From NCBI GenBank assembly GCA_963846325.1, contig CAWJVO010000009.1, positions 251,083 through 315,082 on the forward strand: 64,000 nucleotides of DNA, in the 5' to 3' direction. This document shows positions 1-9,477 of the stretch, in pieces (position 1 is the stretch's first letter; each line of letters begins with the position of its first letter). The notes beneath the pieces were generated by a model. It did no database searches, was not told the DNA's origin, and saw only the letters and a program-made list of their open reading frames with translations. The position numbers and the translations under genes were made by a program. The stretch is from an uncultured bacterium. GTDB lineage: Bacteria > Krumholzibacteriota > Krumholzibacteriia > Krumholzibacteriales > Krumholzibacteriaceae.

Positions 1-486
1 GTCGGAAAGCTCGCTTCTCCGAGCAACCCGACGCTCACGTATCTGGACGGAAGGGGAGGACAGATCTTGAGAAGCAGCTCCGTGTCTCCGATGCCGCCGC
101 GCGTCCTCGTCTCGAAGACGTCCTTCACCTCTTCGTCCTCTCCGACCTGCATGATCCAGTTTTTCACGTTGAGCACCGCGGAGAACTCGATGTAGTCGCT
201 CAGGCCGAAGGTCAACGCCGCGCGCGACGAGAAGAAATGATAATTGACGTCCGCCAAGCTGTCGCCCGTGCCGTTGAGGAGACTGTAGTCGCCCCGTGTC
301 AGCGTCTCCCCGCTCCGGTAATACGACGTGCCGAGCGAGAAGATGAGCTTGCCCCGTCCGACCGTGCTCGCGCTCTGCACGTGGAGCAGACCTCCGGTGC
401 CCTTCCACGCCTCCTGGCTGAGCGCCGGACCCGCCGCCGAAGCGACGAGGACGACCGCGAGAAGCGCCCGTGCGAATGCTTTCATA
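1..486 (-). CDS. secreted/outer-membrane protein, N-terminal part (gene runs off the window start)
   Basis: The minus-strand ATG at 486..484 translates to MKAFARALLAVVLVASAAGPALSQEAWKGTGG..., a classic signal peptide. It is followed by Gly/Ser/Tyr/Thr-rich beta-like sequence. The frame stays open to position 1. Confidence 0.55.
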
Positions 487-525
487 CCGTTCCCTCCCTC
501 GTGAGAATCCGCGATCGAATCGATC

Positions 526-861
526 CTAGTCGTTCTTCTCGGCGCCTTCTTCTTCCCCGCCTTCCCCCGCCGCGCCCTCTTTTTCCCGATTCGATTCGTC
601 GAGATAGTTCATTTGCAGCTCCGTGAGCACGGCGTTGAGGATTCTCTGCTCCTCAGGCAGAAGATTTCCCGCCGTTTTCTCGCGGATCATGACCAGCATA
701 TCGATCGTGATGCGCGATTGACGCATATCCCGTTCCACTTTTCCGGTGATCGGACTGACGAGCTTGCCCAGTTGCTGCAGCGCGAGCGTCTCGAACATCG
801 CAACGAGGTGCGTGAAAAGAAACGCGTTCCGTTCCCCGTCGTCGGAAGTATGTGCCATCAT
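526..861 (-). CDS. small hypothetical protein with an acidic C-terminus (111 aa)
   Basis: A complete ORF in the track. Its composition is not Arg-rich (MMAHTSDDGERNAFLFTHLVAMFETLALQQLG...), and the C-terminal tail is Glu/Gly-rich. The family was not recognised. Confidence 0.45.
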   Translation of the reverse strand: MMAHTSDDGERNAFLFTHLVAMFETLALQQLGKLVSPITGKVERDMRQSRITIDMLVMIREKTAGNLLPEEQRILNAVLTELQMNYLDESNREKEGAAGEGGEEEGAEKND

Positions 862-930
862 CCGTCCCTCCTGTGTGATCGAGCCAGACTATAGGAGGGG
901 GGCGAAACGCCGTCAACGAAAAAGGAGCCG

Positions 931-964
931 AAAAAAGAGCCGCCGGCCCCGCGGCCCGCGGCTC
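931..964 (-). terminator. rho-independent terminator downstream of the HTH-cupin regulator gene
   Basis: On the minus strand the sequence reads GAGCCGCGGGCC-GCGG-GGCCGGCGGCTC followed by TTTTTT. This is a GC-rich 12-bp stem with one mismatch plus a U-run. It lies about 50 nt after the stop at 1016. Confidence 0.45.
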
Positions 965-1015
965 TCGATCCAGGTCGGATTTGTCCGGCTCCGGGAGCGT
1001 TCCGCTCCGACGGAA

Positions 1016-1579
1016 TCAGTCCACCTTTCGTTCCGAGGCGAACCAGATCATCTTCGCCTGTTCGCTCCCCGAGGCGTTCGCGTAGCCGTGATCCTGGTTC
1101 GCGAGGAAATAGATGCTGTCCCCTTCTTCGAGATCGTAGTCTTCTTCCGCGATCTTGAAACGCACCCTGCCCTGAAGAACGAGCGCCGTTTCGTCCCCTT
1201 CGTGGGCGTGGAGCGAAACCTCCTGCGGCGGAACCGGCGCCAGGGTGATGAGCCGGGCGTTGATCTTGCCGCTCGGAATCGATTTCGTGAGCATCTCGGC
1301 CGTCCCCTTGCAGCGCCCGAGCGCGCACTGCCTGCGGTCCTCGAACGCGACGAAGGAGACGTCGCTCAGCTCCTGATCCTCGATGAAATACGCGGGGTCT
1401 CTCTCGAGCGCATCCGCGATCCTGATGAGCGCTCCTATCGTCGGGGAGGTCTTCCCGCGCTCGATCTCGGAGATATGGGTCGCGGAGATGCCGGCTTTCG
1501 CCTCGACGTTCTTGAGGGTGAGATGCTGCTCTTCCCGAATCTTCTTGATCCGTTTTCCGATTTCGTCCTTGGATATCAT
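1016..1579 (-). CDS. XRE-family HTH transcriptional regulator with a C-terminal cupin domain
   Basis: The N-terminus has the HTH_3 signature (LTLKNVEAKAGISATHISEIERGKTSPTIGALIRIADAL). The C-terminus is a cupin-like beta fold (GDETALVLQGRVRFKIAEEDYDLEEGDSIYF). Confidence 0.8.
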   Translation of the reverse strand: MISKDEIGKRIKKIREEQHLTLKNVEAKAGISATHISEIERGKTSPTIGALIRIADALERDPAYFIEDQELSDVSFVAFEDRRQCALGRCKGTAEMLTKSIPSGKINARLITLAPVPPQEVSLHAHEGDETALVLQGRVRFKIAEEDYDLEEGDSIYFLANQDHGYANASGSEQAKMIWFASERKVD

Positions 1580-1613
1580 CTGGCCACGATCCTCCTCGCC
1601 GGCCGGGCGGCGC

Positions 1614-2174
1614 TCACAAGCTGTACGGCGGCAGCGTCACCCAGATCGCGCGGCACTTCGCGTCGCCGATATTCCGCATCGCGTGGGGTTTCGCCGCCTT
1701 GTAATGGATGCTGTCCCCTTCCTTGAGAATGAACTTCTGATCCCCGATGATGATCTCCATGACGCCCTTCGTGACCATCGCGAACTCCTCGCCGTCATGC
1801 GTGCTCGTCTCCTCGGGACGCTTGATGCCGGGCTCGAGCTCGACCTCGAGGAACGATACCCTCGGCATCGGAACGTCCTTGGCGAGGGAAAAGTATGTGG
1901 CGCCCCAATCCTTGAACTGCATTCTCTTGCGTTTGGATTTATTGACGACGGAGACCTTCGACAGGTTCTTCTTTTCGACGAAATACGCCACGTCGGTTCC
2001 CATCGCCTCGGCTATCTTCGCAAGGGCCCCCACGGTGGGAGAGGTCATCCCGCGCTCGATTTCCGAGACATGGGTCGCGGAAACCTTCGCCTTGACCTCG
2101 ATATCCTTGAGGGTAAGTCCCTTGGAGAGGCGGAATTGCTTGATTCGAGCCCCGATTTCGTCCTTGCCGTTCAT
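1614..2174 (-). CDS. XRE-family HTH + cupin transcriptional regulator (tandem paralog)
   Basis: It has the same architecture as the 1016-1579 gene, with about 50 % identity over the HTH region (LTLKDIEVKAKVSATHVSEIERGMTSPTVGALAKIAEAM) and a cupin C-terminus. Confidence 0.8.
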   Translation of the reverse strand: MNGKDEIGARIKQFRLSKGLTLKDIEVKAKVSATHVSEIERGMTSPTVGALAKIAEAMGTDVAYFVEKKNLSKVSVVNKSKRKRMQFKDWGATYFSLAKDVPMPRVSFLEVELEPGIKRPEETSTHDGEEFAMVTKGVMEIIIGDQKFILKEGDSIHYKAAKPHAMRNIGDAKCRAIWVTLPPYSL

Positions 2175-2427
2175 TGGCTTCCCCCTGCATGCCCCATGAA
2201 TTGAAAAAGACCGAAAAACATCGAGCAGCTTCTATAGTAAAATAAAAACTATCCATTTTCAACAAATAATTTTCCCATTAATGATTAAATCCATATTAGT
2301 GCAATTCGCAGCAAATAAAGAATATATCCGCGCCCCATCCGCTCCCCCCCGCGCGGCGGCGGGATGGATATATCTCTTTTATTATTCTAGACTTGATCGC
2401 TCTCTTCACGTATATTCGACCGCCGAG
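2175..2427. promoter_or_regulatory. AT-rich divergent intergenic region (candidate divergent promoters)
   Basis: A sharp GC drop is visible here (e.g. tagtaaaataaaaactatccattttcaacaaataattttcccattaatgattaaatcc). The region lies between the minus-strand regulators and the plus-strand LPS-core genes. Confidence 0.4.
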
Positions 2428-3477
2428 ATGGAGTTAATCGCGATGCCGCAGGATTCAGGCAAAATCTGCATAATCCGCCTGGGCTCCCTCGGGGATCTCG
2501 TGCTCATGGTTCCCGTGCTGAGGGCGCTGCGTTCGGCTTTTCCTACGAAGGAGATACATCTCGTCTGCAAGGAGAAATTCGCGGGGCTCTTCGATGGAGG
2601 CGGCCTCGTCGATTCGCTCATCCCGGTGCGGCGGGGCGATCTCCGTGAGATCGTCGATCTGCGCTCCGCACTCGGCCGCGCGGGATACGAGACGATCGTC
2701 GACGCCCACGGAGTCATCCGAAGCCGCCTGCTTCTTCTGGGACTCCGCGCGCCGACGAAGATCCGGATTCGCAAGGATGAGATAAAGAAAGCTGCGCTGA
2801 TCGTCGGCAGGATGAATCTGTATCGGCGCGTGACGTCGCAGACCGAGCGCTACGCCGAGCTCGCGCGCGCGCTCGGCGTGGAAGTGCGCGAACCGTTCGC
2901 GGAGCTGCCCCTCTCTCCCGCCGCCGAGAGGCGCGCCGAGATGGTTCTCGGCGGGATCGGCGGCCCGTTCCTGATCGCGTTCGCTCCAGGCGCGCGCTGG
3001 CCGACCAAGCGGTGGCCCGCAGAGCATTTCGCCCGGTTGATTTCAGAAACTGCGGCCCGCGGATTCGAATGTCTTCTCATCGGAGGAGCCGAGGATGCCG
3101 CGACGAACGCCGAAGTGGCGGCACTCTCCCGAAGCGCCCCCCTCGATCTCACGGGCTCTCTCTCGATCATCGAATCCGCGGCGGTCCTGAAGCGGTGCAG
3201 GGCGCTCGTGACGAACGACTCCGCGCCCCTCCACCTCGCCGAGGCGGTGGGAACGCCGGTGATCGCCTTCTTCGGTCCGACGGTGCGCGAGTTCGGCTAT
3301 TTTCCGCGCCTCGCCGCGAGCAGGGCGCTCGAAACGGCGCTCCCCTGCCGTCCCTGCTCGAGAAACGGCAAGCGCGCGTGCCCATACGGCACAAAGGAGT
3401 GCCTCATGTCGATCGAACCGGAGGCCACGCTTGAAGTGCTCCTCGGAACCCTCGAGAAAACGCGGGGGCATTCATGA
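2428..3477 (+). CDS. glycosyltransferase family 9 (ADP-heptose:LPS heptosyltransferase-like)
   Basis: The GT9 N-terminal hallmark is present (ICIIRLGSLGDLVLMVPVLRAL). The gene length fits, and the C-terminal Cys-rich tail is typical of the family. The track ORF begins at 2281 inside the AT-rich spacer, so the in-frame ATG at 2428 (MELIAMPQ...) was chosen as the start. Confidence 0.75.
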   Translation: MELIAMPQDSGKICIIRLGSLGDLVLMVPVLRALRSAFPTKEIHLVCKEKFAGLFDGGGLVDSLIPVRRGDLREIVDLRSALGRAGYETIVDAHGVIRSRLLLLGLRAPTKIRIRKDEIKKAALIVGRMNLYRRVTSQTERYAELARALGVEVREPFAELPLSPAAERRAEMVLGGIGGPFLIAFAPGARWPTKRWPAEHFARLISETAARGFECLLIGGAEDAATNAEVAALSRSAPLDLTGSLSIIESAAVLKRCRALVTNDSAPLHLAEAVGTPVIAFFGPTVREFGYFPRLAASRALETALPCRPCSRNGKRACPYGTKECLMSIEPEATLEVLLGTLEKTRGHS

Positions 3478-4787
3478 GAATCAGACTCGCCGCATACAAC
3501 GCCCTTCTTCCCGCCGCGGCTCTCGCGGCCCGCGCCGCCGCGCCGTTCAACGCGAAGATCGCCGAGGGGCTCAGGGGGCGCACAGGGTTCAGGGATCGTT
3601 GGAAGGACAAGGCGTCCGCGATCGACCGGCAGGGACGCCTGATCTGGTTTCACGTCTCGTCGGTCGGGGAGTTCGAGCAGGCGAAGCCGGTCATGGAGCT
3701 GCTCGAGCGCAACCGCGGGGCGTCCCTCGATCTGGCGCTCACCTTCTTCTCGCCGTCCGGCATGAGCTACTACGAACGGTTCGATCGCTCGCGGAGAATC
3801 CCGTCGCTGCGATTCGTCGAGTATCTCCCCGTCGATACGGCGCGCAACATGCGATTCTGCCTCGACACGATCAGGCCCGACATGATCGTCTACGTGAAGT
3901 TCGATATCTGGCCCAATCTCGTCGTCGAGGCCGCGCGGAGATGCGTTCCGCAGATCCTCGTCTCGGGGACCCTGTCCCCCGGCTCACGCCGGCTCTCCTC
4001 GCTCGTGAGAAGCTTTTATGGCGGGTTATTCTCGATGCTCGACGCCATCGCCGCGATCTCCGCGGAGGACGCGGAGCGCTTCAGGGCGATCAGCCGAGGC
4101 GCGGTCGAGATCGTCGAGGCGGGCGACACGAGATACGACCAGGTCTGCCGGAGAATCGACTCGTCCGGCGCGAAGATCCCCGGAGCGATCGCCGCGGCAG
4201 GGAGGACGTGGATCGTCGCGGGAAGCACCTGGCCGAAGGACGAAGAAATCGTGATCCCGGGATTCGCCGCGCTCAGGCGCGCTCATCCCGGCGCCGGGCT
4301 GATCGTCGTGCCGCACGAGCCGACGAGGGAACGGCTCGACGCGATCCGCGAATCGCTCGAAAAGGCGCGCCTCCCCTTCCGCCCGCTCTCGGGTTTGAGC
4401 GACGCGGACCTCCTCTCGGAGCCGGTCGTCGTCGCCGACGGCGTCGGCTACCTCGCCGAGCTCTACCGGGCCGGCGCGATGGCGTACGTCGGCGGCAGCT
4501 TCACGACCGGAGTGCACAACGTGATGGAACCCGCGGTCCTGAAGCTTCCCGTCTTCTTCGGGCCGCGCATCGACAACTCTTTCGAAGCGCGGGAGCTCGT
4601 CCGGCTCGAGACCGCCGCGATTCTGAACACGGCTGACGATTTCGCGAGGGAGTGCGGCGCGCTTCTCTCCGACCGGAAGCGGCTCGAGGAGAAGGGAACC
4701 GCCGCGGAGCGGTTCGTACGAAATCATTGCGGAGCCGCCCTCCGTTGCGTAGATTTGATTGAAAAATACCTCGAAAAAGAAAGGTAA
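3474..4787 (+). CDS. waaA: 3-deoxy-D-manno-octulosonic acid (Kdo) transferase
   Basis: The N-terminal motif LIWFHVSSVGEFEQAKPV matches the KdtA/WaaA WIHAASVGE signature. The length is 437 aa. Its ATG overlaps the stop of the upstream GT9 gene as ATGA. Confidence 0.8.
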   Translation: MRIRLAAYNALLPAAALAARAAAPFNAKIAEGLRGRTGFRDRWKDKASAIDRQGRLIWFHVSSVGEFEQAKPVMELLERNRGASLDLALTFFSPSGMSYYERFDRSRRIPSLRFVEYLPVDTARNMRFCLDTIRPDMIVYVKFDIWPNLVVEAARRCVPQILVSGTLSPGSRRLSSLVRSFYGGLFSMLDAIAAISAEDAERFRAISRGAVEIVEAGDTRYDQVCRRIDSSGAKIPGAIAAAGRTWIVAGSTWPKDEEIVIPGFAALRRAHPGAGLIVVPHEPTRERLDAIRESLEKARLPFRPLSGLSDADLLSEPVVVADGVGYLAELYRAGAMAYVGGSFTTGVHNVMEPAVLKLPVFFGPRIDNSFEARELVRLETAAILNTADDFARECGALLSDRKRLEEKGTAAERFVRNHCGAALRCVDLIEKYLEKER

Positions 4788-4790
4788 GCG

Positions 4791-5651
4791 TTGAACGATT
4801 ATTTGAAATTGCCCTCCCAGCCGCGGTACATCCAGATCGAGACGATACTCGGCTGCGACGCCGAATGCCCGTTTTGCCCGCAGAAGACGATCGATCGCAC
4901 ACCGGTCGTCATGAGCGAGACGACGTGGAAAAAGATCGTCGACGACACGAGAGGACTCGGCATCACCTATCGCCCGTTTCTCCAGAACGAGGCGCTCATC
5001 GACAAGCGGCTGCCGGCCATCGTTAAATATATCAAGGAAGATCCGACCGCCCGCGCCGAGATCAACACGAACGGGAATCTCCTCGACGCGAAACGCGGCG
5101 ACGCCCTCATCGAGGCGGGAATAGATCTCGTTCGCTTCAGCATCGACGCGTTCTCGAGCGAAACGTACGCCGCGTGCCGCGTCGGGCTCGACTATCGGAA
5201 GGTCGTCGACAACGTCAACCGGTTCATCGAGGCCGCCGCGAGGACGCGCGGGAAGGTCGTGACCGAGGTGCGGATGATCGACATGGAATCGAGCCGGCAC
5301 GAGCAGCGGGATTTCGTCGACTACTGGGGCGCCCGCGCCGACCGGGCGCTCATCGTGCCGCTCTACCACTGGCCCTGGGACGCCGGCGTCGAGATGGTCC
5401 GCAAGCCGTGCCTCAAGATGCGCGAGGAGATGTTCTTCTACACCGACGGACGCGCGGTTCTGTGCTGCTGGGACATCGCGGGGCGCGCGGTGATCGGGGA
5501 CGTGACGAAAGAGAGCGTTCTCGATATCTGGAACGGCGCGGCGAGACGCGAGTGCGCCGAATACCTTTCCCGGGGAGAGCGCGACAGGATACCTCTCTGC
5601 TCGCGCTGCGACGCGTACCGCGATCGGCGCTTCGACGGCTTCGACGATTGA
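4791..5651 (+). CDS. radical SAM protein with a C-terminal Cys-rich SPASM/twitch-like region
   Basis: A CDAECPFC (CxxxCxxC) cluster sits after the N-terminus, and a second Cys cluster is near the C-terminus (CCWD...CSRCDAY). The start is TTG, preceded by a GAAAGG Shine-Dalgarno-like sequence. Confidence 0.7.
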   Translation: MNDYLKLPSQPRYIQIETILGCDAECPFCPQKTIDRTPVVMSETTWKKIVDDTRGLGITYRPFLQNEALIDKRLPAIVKYIKEDPTARAEINTNGNLLDAKRGDALIEAGIDLVRFSIDAFSSETYAACRVGLDYRKVVDNVNRFIEAAARTRGKVVTEVRMIDMESSRHEQRDFVDYWGARADRALIVPLYHWPWDAGVEMVRKPCLKMREEMFFYTDGRAVLCCWDIAGRAVIGDVTKESVLDIWNGAARRECAEYLSRGERDRIPLCSRCDAYRDRRFDGFDD

Positions 5652-5658
5652 CTCCCGA

Positions 5659-6297
5659 TCATCCCGCGAACGGCCAGGGATAGCCCCCCGCGCGAACGAG
5701 GAGCGGCGCGCCGCGCGTGAAATCGACGATCGTCGAAGGCAGCGCCGGCGATCGTCCCCGCCGGGACAGGTAGCCCCCAAGCCCCGGAAACACCCTTCTG
5801 ATATCGGCGATTCTCGTCATCGGCTCGCGTCCCGAGCGATTGACGCTCGTCGAGACGACGGGCTCCCCGATCGTTTCGATGAGCGCCCGCAGATCCGCCC
5901 GGGCGGGCACCCTGACGGCGACCCTCCCCCCCGGCGAGAGCAGCGGAGAGAGCGTCTTCCTCGCGGGGAGAATGGCGGTCAGCGGGGCGGGCCAGATTCG
6001 AAGAAGCGTTCTCCGCGATTCCCCCGGCCAGCGCGCGACGAGCGTGTCCGCCATCGCCGCGTCGGCGGCGAGCAGGATGAATCCTCCCCCCGCGCGCCTT
6101 CCCTTCAACGCCAGAATCGTCTCGATCGCGCGGCGATTCGAGACGGCGCAGTGAAAGCCGTAGATCGTATCGGTGGGAAGGACGGCCACGCCGCCCGACG
6201 CGAGCGCGGCGGCGGCCCTTCGAACGGACGATCGCCCGAACGGGCCGGAGACGCACGGGGTCTCCCCGCGGCGCGGCGCGCTCACTTCCGGCGCCAT
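5659..6297 (-). CDS. tsaC: L-threonylcarbamoyladenylate synthase (YrdC/Sua5 family)
   Basis: The YrdC signature VAVLPTDTIYGF is present, followed by the STSVNRSG motif. The length is 212 aa. Confidence 0.8.
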   Translation of the reverse strand: MAPEVSAPRRGETPCVSGPFGRSSVRRAAAALASGGVAVLPTDTIYGFHCAVSNRRAIETILALKGRRAGGGFILLAADAAMADTLVARWPGESRRTLLRIWPAPLTAILPARKTLSPLLSPGGRVAVRVPARADLRALIETIGEPVVSTSVNRSGREPMTRIADIRRVFPGLGGYLSRRGRSPALPSTIVDFTRGAPLLVRAGGYPWPFAG

Positions 6298-6749
6298 TCC
6301 GCGCGCATCTCATCGAGACGCTTCGCGATCGACCCGTCGGACAGGGAGAGAATCTCCGCGGCGAGAATCGCGGCGTTCCGGGCTCCCGCCTTCCCGACGG
6401 CGACGGCGGCGACCGGGACTCCCGGAGGCATCTGGACGATCGAATAGAGCGCGTCGAGCCCGCCGGGCAGCCCGCTCGCCAGCGGGACGCCTATCACGGG
6501 CCTCGTCGTGAGGGAGGCCACGAAGCCCGGCAGCGCCGCGGACATTCCCGCTCCCGCGATGAAGACCTTCGCGCCCCGCTGGAGCGCGCCCTCGACGTAT
6601 TCGGCTGTGAGCTTCGGCTGCCGGTGAGCCGAATGAACCTCGAGCTCGGCGGAGACGCCGAGCTTCTCGAGCTCCTGGAGACACGTTTCCATGGCCTCCC
6701 GATCGGATTCGCTCCCCATGAGCACGGCGACCTGCAATTCATGTTTCAT
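6282..6749 (-). CDS. purE: N5-carboxyaminoimidazole ribonucleotide mutase
   Basis: The VAVLMGSESD...GAGMSAALPG...IGVP motifs are characteristic of PurE. The length is 155 aa. Confidence 0.9.
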   Translation of the reverse strand: MKHELQVAVLMGSESDREAMETCLQELEKLGVSAELEVHSAHRQPKLTAEYVEGALQRGAKVFIAGAGMSAALPGFVASLTTRPVIGVPLASGLPGGLDALYSIVQMPPGVPVAAVAVGKAGARNAAILAAEILSLSDGSIAKRLDEMRAEWRRK

Positions 6750-6753
6750 GCGC

Positions 6754-8019
6754 TTATCTCAATCCTTTCTTCCCGATGTCGCTGCGGGAAAAGCAGCCGG
6801 TGAAGGAGACCGCGGCGACTCCCCGGTACGCGGTTTCGATGGCGTCCCGGAGCGCCGGCCCCGTCGCGGCCACCCCGAGCACCCTCCCGCCGTTCGTCAC
6901 GATCGCGCCGTCCCTGGCCTCGGTGCCCGCGTGAAACACGATGCAGCCCTGCTCGCGGGCCCGTTCGAGACCGTCGATCGGATAGCCTGTGCCGTACGTG
7001 CCGGGATACCCTTTCGACGCGACGACCACGCATGCGGCGGCTTCCGCGCTGTTCTCGAACGGCGCTTTCTCGAGCCCTCCACCCGCGGCTTCGAACATCA
7101 CCTGGGCGAGATCGCCCGCGAAGAGCGGGAGAATGACCTGCGTTTCGGGATCCCCGAACCTGCAGTTGTACTCGAGGACCTTCGGCCCCGCGCTCGTGAT
7201 CATGATCCCGAAGTACAGGACGCCGCCGCCCGCGATCCCCTCGCTCCGCATGCCCTCGAATGTCGGCTCGATGATCTCCTTTTTCACGCGCGCCGCGAGC
7301 CCTTCGTCGTACAGAGGGACGGGCGCGTACGCGCCCATGCCGCCGGTGTTCGGCCCCTCGTCGTTGTCGAGCGCCCTCTTGTGATCCTGCGAGGGAACGA
7401 GCAGCCGGTAGCTCTTTCCGTCGTACAGGGCGATCACCGAGACCTCTTCGCCGCTGAGAAATTCTTCCAGAACGATCCGCTCGCCGGCCGTACCGAACCC
7501 CCCCCTCTTCATGACGAGCTCGACGGCCCCCCGCGCTTCCCTGGCCGTTTTCGCGATGATGACCCCCTTGCCCGCGGCGAGCCCGTCCGCTTTCACGACG
7601 TACGGCGCCTCCATCGAATCGATCGCCTTGATCGCCGAGGTCGCGTTGCCGAACGCGCGGAACTCGCCCGTCGGGATGCCGTACCGGATCATGAACTCCT
7701 TCGCCCAGACCTTGCTTCCCTCGAGGCGCGCCCCCTTTCTGTCGAATCCGAATATCCGCAGCGCTTTCGAGATGAAAAGATCGACGATGCCCGCGACGAG
7801 CGGGGCTTCCGGACCGACGACGGTGAGATCGATCTTCTTTTCGAGCGCGAGCTTCAAGAGCCCGTCGAGATCGTCCGCCTTGACGTCGACGCATTCGGCG
7901 TGAGCGGCCATGCCCGGATTCCCCGGCGCCGCGTATATCTTCTTTACCGCCGGCGATTGCGCGAGCTTCCAGACGAGCGCATGTTCGCGACCGCCGCTAC
8001 CGACAACGAGAATATTCAT
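6754..8019 (-). CDS. purD: phosphoribosylamine--glycine ligase
   Basis: The N-terminus MNILVVGSGGREHALVWKL and the ATP-grasp body are typical of PurD. The length is 421 aa. Confidence 0.9.
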   Translation of the reverse strand: MNILVVGSGGREHALVWKLAQSPAVKKIYAAPGNPGMAAHAECVDVKADDLDGLLKLALEKKIDLTVVGPEAPLVAGIVDLFISKALRIFGFDRKGARLEGSKVWAKEFMIRYGIPTGEFRAFGNATSAIKAIDSMEAPYVVKADGLAAGKGVIIAKTAREARGAVELVMKRGGFGTAGERIVLEEFLSGEEVSVIALYDGKSYRLLVPSQDHKRALDNDEGPNTGGMGAYAPVPLYDEGLAARVKKEIIEPTFEGMRSEGIAGGGVLYFGIMITSAGPKVLEYNCRFGDPETQVILPLFAGDLAQVMFEAAGGGLEKAPFENSAEAAACVVVASKGYPGTYGTGYPIDGLERAREQGCIVFHAGTEARDGAIVTNGGRVLGVAATGPALRDAIETAYRGVAAVSFTGCFSRSDIGKKGLR

Positions 8020-8133
8020 ATGAATCGGGTTTCCTCCGTCCCGTCAAAGAGATCGATGCGAACGGGCGAGCCGCCGCGAATCCGATTATACTCGCCCACG
8101 GCACGATAGAAAAAGAGATATTACGCGCGGCGG

Positions 8134-9402
8134 CTATCGTTTTGCGGGTAGGAACCGTGATCCATCCGCGATGACGAGGATATCCTCGTCCGCAATGCCT
8201 TCGAGGAGATACTCCTCGTAGCCGGGTTTCCAGGGGCAGATGCCGAAACGCGCGACGAGATCGTCCGGGAGCGTCGATCGGAGATAGATCGAGTGGCGCG
8301 CCGCGAGCTCGCACGTCGATATCGCGGTCTGAGAATTGAGCGTGTACTTTCTTCTCACCGCGTCGCCCACCGCGTGCCATCCGTTTTCGAAAGCGGCGAG
8401 ATACGAATCGGAACCGACGCCCTCCGGGCAGGCGGCGGCCGCGAGCAGGAGCCCTCCCTCCTCGAGAGCGTTCGAAGCGTGTCTCAGAGCCTTGTGGCTC
8501 TGGAGAAGATTGATATCCCTCGGAAAGCCTCCCGCCGAAACGATCACCGCGGGATAGAGCCGGTCGACGGGGAAGCGAAAACGCGCCGCGACGAAATCGC
8601 ACGCCGCCCGGTGGGAGACGTCGAGCTCCCCCGCGTTGACGAACAGAACGCCCCCCGAGGCGTCGCTCACCGAGTTGACGGCGAAGATCCGCGCGCCGAG
8701 GAGACGGGCCCCCGCGAGCATGTCCTCGTGCACCGGATTGCCGTCGAGCGCGCCGGACCGGCAGCCGCGCGAGAGTCCCGCCCCGGGATCCCGCCCGAGC
8801 GACAGCCGGTGATTCGCGACGATCGTCTCCTCCCCCGCGACGCCGGGAAGGATGAGCTTGCGCCCGCCCCCGTACCCTGCGAAATAATGGAACGAAACCG
8901 CTCCGAACGCTATGACGAGGGAGGATTCGGCGACGGCTCTGTTGAACAGGCACGGCGTTCCGGCGGGAGTCGTGCCGACGTCGAGAAGCGAGGCGCCGTC
9001 ACGCGCGTCGTGCGCGAGCACCTTCCATCGCCGGACGACGTCCGCGCCGACGTGCGCTTCGAGCTCCCCCTCGCGGAAAGCGCGGTGCATCCCGAGAGCC
9101 GCGACGACGGCGACGCGATCGGGCCCCGCCCCGTTCGCTTCAAGGTACTCGAGGAGACCGGCGAGCATCCACCGCGCGATTCCCCCCCGGGTGAAATCGG
9201 AGATCAGGACCGATATTCCCCCGGAGCGCGGGATCAGCTTCCGGAGCGCCGGAGCGGCGGCCGGCTTTTCGAGGGCCTCCGCGAACGAACGCTCCGGATC
9301 GGTGAGGGGAGGCGGATAGACGTCGCCCGCCACGCTGACGCCGCGCCGTTCTCCGAGATCGACGTCGAGGGTGCCGCCGTGATAGCGAAGAGCGCACTTC
9401 AC
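8134..9402 (-). CDS. LarA-like (DUF2088/lactate-racemase family) putative nickel-pincer-cofactor-dependent racemase/epimerase
   Basis: The length (422 aa) and overall pattern resemble the LarA N-terminal domain (GISVLISDFTRG ... GAVSFHYFAGYGGGRKLILPG). The assignment is by recall and was not verified. Confidence 0.5.
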   Translation of the reverse strand: MKCALRYHGGTLDVDLGERRGVSVAGDVYPPPLTDPERSFAEALEKPAAAPALRKLIPRSGGISVLISDFTRGGIARWMLAGLLEYLEANGAGPDRVAVVAALGMHRAFREGELEAHVGADVVRRWKVLAHDARDGASLLDVGTTPAGTPCLFNRAVAESSLVIAFGAVSFHYFAGYGGGRKLILPGVAGEETIVANHRLSLGRDPGAGLSRGCRSGALDGNPVHEDMLAGARLLGARIFAVNSVSDASGGVLFVNAGELDVSHRAACDFVAARFRFPVDRLYPAVIVSAGGFPRDINLLQSHKALRHASNALEEGGLLLAAAACPEGVGSDSYLAAFENGWHAVGDAVRRKYTLNSQTAISTCELAARHSIYLRSTLPDDLVARFGICPWKPGYEEYLLEGIADEDILVIADGSRFLPAKR

Positions 9403-9477
9403 GCGAACCTCCGGCGCGGGCGCGGAAGCGCGGCGCCCGCGAATGCGAATCCGATGCGAGGAAAAGCGCCCCGCGAA

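Noticed and set aside
237-1726. The plus-strand ORFs 237-626, 613-894 and 746-1726.
   Set aside because: They are antisense to the signal-peptide protein, the small acidic protein and the HTH-cupin regulator. They have no features.
3431-4636. The Arg-rich plus-strand ORFs at 3431-4636, 5174-5683, 6691-8109 and 8293-10428, and the minus-strand 4026-5780.
   Set aside because: They overlap well-supported genes (waaA, the radical-SAM gene, purD, the LarA-like gene, arcC) in other frames or on the other strand. Their composition is typical of high-GC noise.
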